Part shown: positions 59,311-64,000 of the stretch, one piece after another
Position numbering within the stretch: the first letter of the stretch is position 1
How the letters are laid out: each line of letters starts with the position of its first letter
Assembly: GCF_009914755.1 (NCBI RefSeq)
Contig: NC_060944.1
Source: the human T2T-CHM13v2.0 reference genome, Homo sapiens
Direction: 5' to 3' (one strand)
DNA length: 64,000 bases
Program-made: the position numbers and the translations under genes
Notes under the pieces: generated by a model
Told to the model about the DNA's origin: nothing
Database searches by the model: none
What the model saw: only the letters and a program-made list of their open reading frames with translations

Positions 59311-61002
59311 AGTCCCTGAAAAGTATTGTTCTGGTGTCTTTAAAATAGTTTTACAGAATAAATCCAAAATATAGTCAACACCATCATGTTGCTGCTGAGT
59401 ATTTGGATGGCTTTTGTCTGTTCGTCAACCCTCTATGCTAGAGAGCAAGCCGACTGCAATTCGACTAGTTCTTTGATGATAATTGACTGTTTTGAAAATA
59501 TTGTTGCCTAACAAAGAGTACTGTACTCTAATTTAGATTCCACTGCTAATTAACTCACTACCTATAGGCAAAACATTTGGCCATTTGGAATCTGGTGCTC
59601 CATGTTCCTCATCATGGAGACCCCATGTGTTCCTTATCTAATTTCTCCAATAGTAATATGTCATTATGAAAGTAATGTGCCTGACGAAGGGAGAACCAGT
59701 TGTTGATACTTTCTGGTTAATTAGCTCATGAAAAATGATTTAGTCCCCTGCAAGCTGCTTGCTTTCTCCTAGTTGCCCACTTTTCCATGAGCCAAAGCTC
59801 TCATGGTGAAAGAAGGATTGAAGGAATTAACCTGGCCTCTGAACATTAACACTTGTGTCAATTTTTTTTATGTTAATCTACCACTGATATGCTATTTCTA
59901 AAACCATTGTTAGTAGAATTTCTTTAGTGCTACCAGCATCCAGCAACAGAGAACACTGCCTTCTCCCTACATTTCCCTTCCCTGTCCTACCCTTCTCTTT
60001 TTTCCCTCCCTTCTTCTCCTTGCAAGCCAAAGAACCTCAAATCAATGTTCTTATGAAATTGCAGGCAGAGCCTCCTAGAGGTTGTCTACTACTCTAGGTA
60101 AATGGACCTGGTTATTCTTTGAGCTCTGATTCACACATGCTGTATCATTGTAGTTAATCTACTTAACCTCCCTAGTCCTTAGTTTCATCAATTGTAAAGA
60201 TGGGAATATTTGCATTGCAGAATTATCTGAAAGATTAACTGATATCTTATGTATAAAACACCTAATTCATTGGAACTATTTGGAGGATTAACTGATATTT
60301 TATGTATAAAACACCTAATTCATTGCATAGTACTATATTAATTGCTCAAAACATTTAACTCATTAGCCCAAATACTTCCAGGGCAGAAATGGGGTGAAGT
60401 TCTTTTGTTAGGAGCCCCTGTGTGTCAGGGACTCCACATGCAATATCATCATCATTTTCATAATGACCCCAAGGTAACGGAACTATTATCCTTCATTAAT
60501 AACATAGAGCTTGGAGAACTTAAGCAACTTCTCTGATTTTCCTAGCTGTGCGAAGTCACTTAACTTCACAGTACTGGGATTTAAACCCACTTCTATCTGG
60601 CTCTGAATTGCCTGCTGTCACAAAGCATACCATGTTCCCTTCATGACGAGGAACATGGAGCCCCAGATTCCAAATGGTCAAATGTTTTGCCTATAGATAG
60701 TGAGTTAATTAGCAGTGGAATCTAAATTAGAATACAGCACTCTTTGTCAGGCAACAATATTTTCAAAACAGTCAATTATCATCAAAGAACTCGTTGAATT
60801 GCAGTCAGTTTGCTCTCTATCGTAGAGGGCTGGCAAACGGACAAAAGCCATCTAAATACTGAGCAGCAACATGATGGTGTTGACTATATTTTGGATTTAT
60901 TCTGTAAAACTATTTGAAAGACACCAGAACAATACTTTTCAGGGACTAGAAATATGAAAATAAAAATTCCTCCAGTGAATTTATCTGAGTGGGAGAGCCA
61001 AT
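59254..61002. repeat. Long inverted repeat: arms 59254-59619 and 60639-61002, 1019-bp spacer
   Basis: Manual alignment gives 22 substitutions plus one 2-bp indel in ~365 bp (~94%). Confidence 0.97.
60100..60638. mobile_element. Two MIR relics in opposite orientations inside the inverted-repeat spacer
   Basis: ACTTAACCTCCCTAGTCCTTAGTTTCATCAATTGTAAAGATGGG (+) and CTGGGATTTAAACCCAC..TCTGGCTC (-). Confidence 0.6.
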
Positions 61003-61290
61003 CTTTCACTAAGGCAATATGTTTCTTTGGGAAATATTCAGCTATGGAAGAGAAGCTCTCTTTCCTAAATTTGAGGATAATCCATTCCTCATAAATGGTA
61101 ATTTACTGAATGATGATGGAATTAAGCCTTCAGGTGTCTCTGCTGAGCTATGGAATTTCTGCTTTGAGATCTATATTCAGCAAGAATAGTCAACTCTTGG
61201 CTCCTCCTCCTGTTCACCTAGCCTCCTCATTTCCATAGTTAAGATACTGAACAGATCCAATACCAAAAACAAAAATCCCTCATGTTGAAA

Positions 61291-61599
61291 TTTTTATTTA
61301 TTATTTTAATTTTTTTTAGACAAAGTGTCATTCTGTTGCCCAGGTTCTATAGTGCAATGGCACGATCATGGCTTACTGCTGCTTTGACCTCCTGGGCTCA
61401 ATTGATCCTCCCCTCTCAGTCCCCCAAGTAGCTGGGATTATAGGAGTACACCACCACACCTGGACAGTTTTTGTATTTTTTTGTAGAGTGAGGTTTCACC
61501 ATGTTGCCCAGTCTGGTCCCGAACGCCTGGGCTCAATCCGTCTGCCCGCCTCAGCCTCCCAAAGTGCTGAGATTACAGGGGTAAGCCACCATGCCTGGA
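61291..61599 (-). mobile_element. AluJ with TSD CCTCATGTTG
   Basis: CTCCTGGGCTCAA.TGATCCTCCC J diagnostic; TSD at 61278-61287 and 61600-61609. Confidence 0.93.
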
Positions 61600-62721
61600 C
61601 CTCATGTTGTCACTTTATAACCACACCCATCTTCCTCCTGTCTCACCCCTTAAATCTTAGCAACTAGTAATCTGCCCTCCAATTATTAAATTTAATCATT
61701 TTAAAATGTTATGTAAATGTAAATGATTCAGGGGCCATAAAGTCACAAATGTTAAGGAACATGGTCAGAGGGTCACTAGATATCTGAGCTTTTAGGCAAG
61801 ACCTGGGAGATCTGGAGCAGCCAAAGACCTGGGCAGCACAGAAAGCTGGGACTGAGGGAAGCATTCGTGACAGCAGGTATGGTGTTCCAGAGAGTCTGGC
61901 AGCTCTCAGGCATGAAATGTGTAATCAGATTATAGTTATCCTGTCCAGGAAATACTTAATGATGGTCTACAGGAAGTGTCATGTAGCTAAATAATGGGAT
62001 AACCCATTCTTAGGTTGCTGAAAAAAATGTAATACATTAGTATGAATGAGTTAATCATTCCTCTATTCTCTGAACAAAAAGAAAGCAATAACTGGAGGAA
62101 ATAAATTGCTCTGACAAGAGTACTGGCTATGGAAGCATGCAAATAGGTGAAGGTCGGCCCTGGGTTAACAATTACTCTGGCATTTTACAGTGTGGGATGG
62201 AAGGGCAAAAGTTCCATAGAGACCAATTGATAAAAATTGCAGCCAAAGGGAATTCTGAGGCAATGGCAGTAGCAGGATGTGAGAAAAAGGAGCATATAAT
62301 AATCTATTCTGGAGAAGAGCCATCAACCAGTCCCAGTGACATGGAGAGGTGTCAGGTGTGGACCATGAAGTAGGCTTTCAGAAGACAATAGAACAGATCC
62401 GACCACATGAGAACAGAAAACATTTTCTAATCCCAGATTCTTAGGAGAAAAAAATAGAAATTGACATCAGATAACTCTGAACAATATTTACAATTGCACA
62501 CACTTAGGCTTTTAGCCATTTACAGCTAAACATATTTATGTCTCATTTCAGAGTGGGTGCCCGTTCATTCTAAACATCTTTTTATTTTTTTTGCTTTTGC
62601 CTCCATTAAGTCAAAAGCTAATGATCCACTGCACATGTTGTTCATTGATTTAACAACTTCCTTAGAGACGGGGACCTTTTCCTATTTGTTTTCCATTCTA
62701 TGCTCAGAGCCCAGGAAAATT

Positions 62722-62905
62722 TATGAATTCAGCAAATACTTGCTGAACACTTACTATATGCCAGGTACTGTGACATCGACATTGAATGAAAGAAATCCAA
62801 TCCTTTCTTTCATTGGAACTTACGATCTAGTAGGGATATTTCTTTATTCAAATAACCAGTATTTAGTAAACACCTATTGTGAACTGAACTGTGTTCTAGG
62901 CCAAT
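62722..62905 (-). mobile_element. L2 3'-end fragments
   Basis: ATTCAGCAAATACTTGCTGAACACTTACTATATGCCAGGTACTGTG. Confidence 0.7.
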
Positions 62906-64000
62906 TAAATGTTTAACAAATAATTAAACATAAACCCTTTAGTGAAAATTATCCTGAGTGACATACTGATATTTATGATCTGAGTTTTTATTTTATTTTC
63001 ATTCAAACAAAATTTCTATGGTTCTAAAATACATATACAAAGAAACTCTATCAGTTTTCCTTCTACACAGAAATTTTTTCCCATGTGGTTAGCAAATTTT
63101 GATAGTTCTTATAACCCCTATTTAGGGTAATTGTTGACCATGCTTTGGGGATAAGACTTGACTTTTACTTAAGCCTTTAGGGCAAAAGATACAGCTTTTT
63201 GTAAAGCTAGTTTTAAATTTCGCTAGGTTCAAGACACTGAGGATAAGTTGAATAACAAAAAATCAACGGAAAAATACTCAGCAGTTGACACTGACTCAAT
63301 CATTGTTTGGAGAAAAATTAAACCTATACTATATGGATCATAACATGCTCCAATACATGAAAAATATGCTTTAAAATACAGCTGGGGAGAGATGTTTGTT
63401 TTTATTAAAAGCTGCTCAAAGGCATCATCATAGCTACAGAATCTTTAAACATCTACAAACACAAAGGCGTAAAAAATAGCTCTTCATTGATTTTTTTTAC
63501 CTGCTGTATTTTATGTATTCTGAAAGTTATTGGTACTCTTTTAAACAAGGGTTGACTCATATCTGCCAGATTTTGTGAATGATCACTTTCTGCTGATTCA
63601 ATCTGGGAAAATCACTTTTGCTGAGACAGTCCCTAATGGCTACATTTATAGTCTTCTTACTTGTTTTATTACTCAAGGAGAACTCCTATTTTTCCAGTCA
63701 AAGCACAGAGGATCTAAACAACAAAAATAGCTACAGGTAGGTTTTCCCCCCAGTCAGTCCTCCACAAGACAATATAGATTTTTAGATCAAAGAGTTCAAA
63801 GAGATTTTCTGGTTCACATCACCAGAATCAGATCATACAGATGCATTATCAGTAGGTCATGGCTTCATGCAGACCCTGATTCCATTTTCAGTTCTGATTT
63901 TTGCTTGTGTTCATCATGATTCCTTCCCGAACTCACCAGTACAGAACTCAGACCTTCTCTATGTTTAGCTCTACCTGAGTGATGGGCTGAAATGATCTCA

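Noticed and set aside
59254-61002. Selection for an RNA duplex (G-U-preserving substitutions) in the 365-bp inverted repeat
   Set aside because: Of 17 transitions between the arms, 9 give G-U on the + strand and 8 on the - strand. There is no strand bias, so no evidence for a selected RNA stem.

Overview
Primate (human/hominoid-like) genomic DNA, AT-rich and dominated by repeats. I recognise no host protein-coding exon, RNA gene or CpG island, so this looks intergenic or deep intronic. All credible ORFs are retroelement or transposon remnants. The main elements are a full-length but broken ~6.17 kb L1PA3/4-type LINE-1 (- strand, 17324-23498), a 5'-truncated L1PA7/8-type copy (+ strand, 41700-46475), older L1PA/PB/MA/M fragments, about ten Alus, MaLR/ERV LTRs, an Hsmar2 mariner fragment, Tigger/MER elements, MIR/L2 relics and simple repeats. 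The signal that repeat annotation does not explain is a set of local inverted duplications and fold-back scars. These are a ~690-bp inverted copy (39309-39998 / 40551-41217) inserted into an MLT1 LTR with CACTTC junction microhomology, a ~365-bp ~94%-identical inverted pair around a 1-kb spacer (59254-59619 / 60639-61002) carrying its own tandem duplications, an ~83-bp inverted copy plus a perfect 30-bp palindrome at a (TA)n tract, and micro-inversions inside L1 ORF2 and an Alu. An L2-like fragment also sits inside a younger AluJ. I read these as mutational-mechanism or structural-variant signatures, not as evidence of a new gene system. Repeat subfamily calls are by eye and boundaries of old repeats are approximate.
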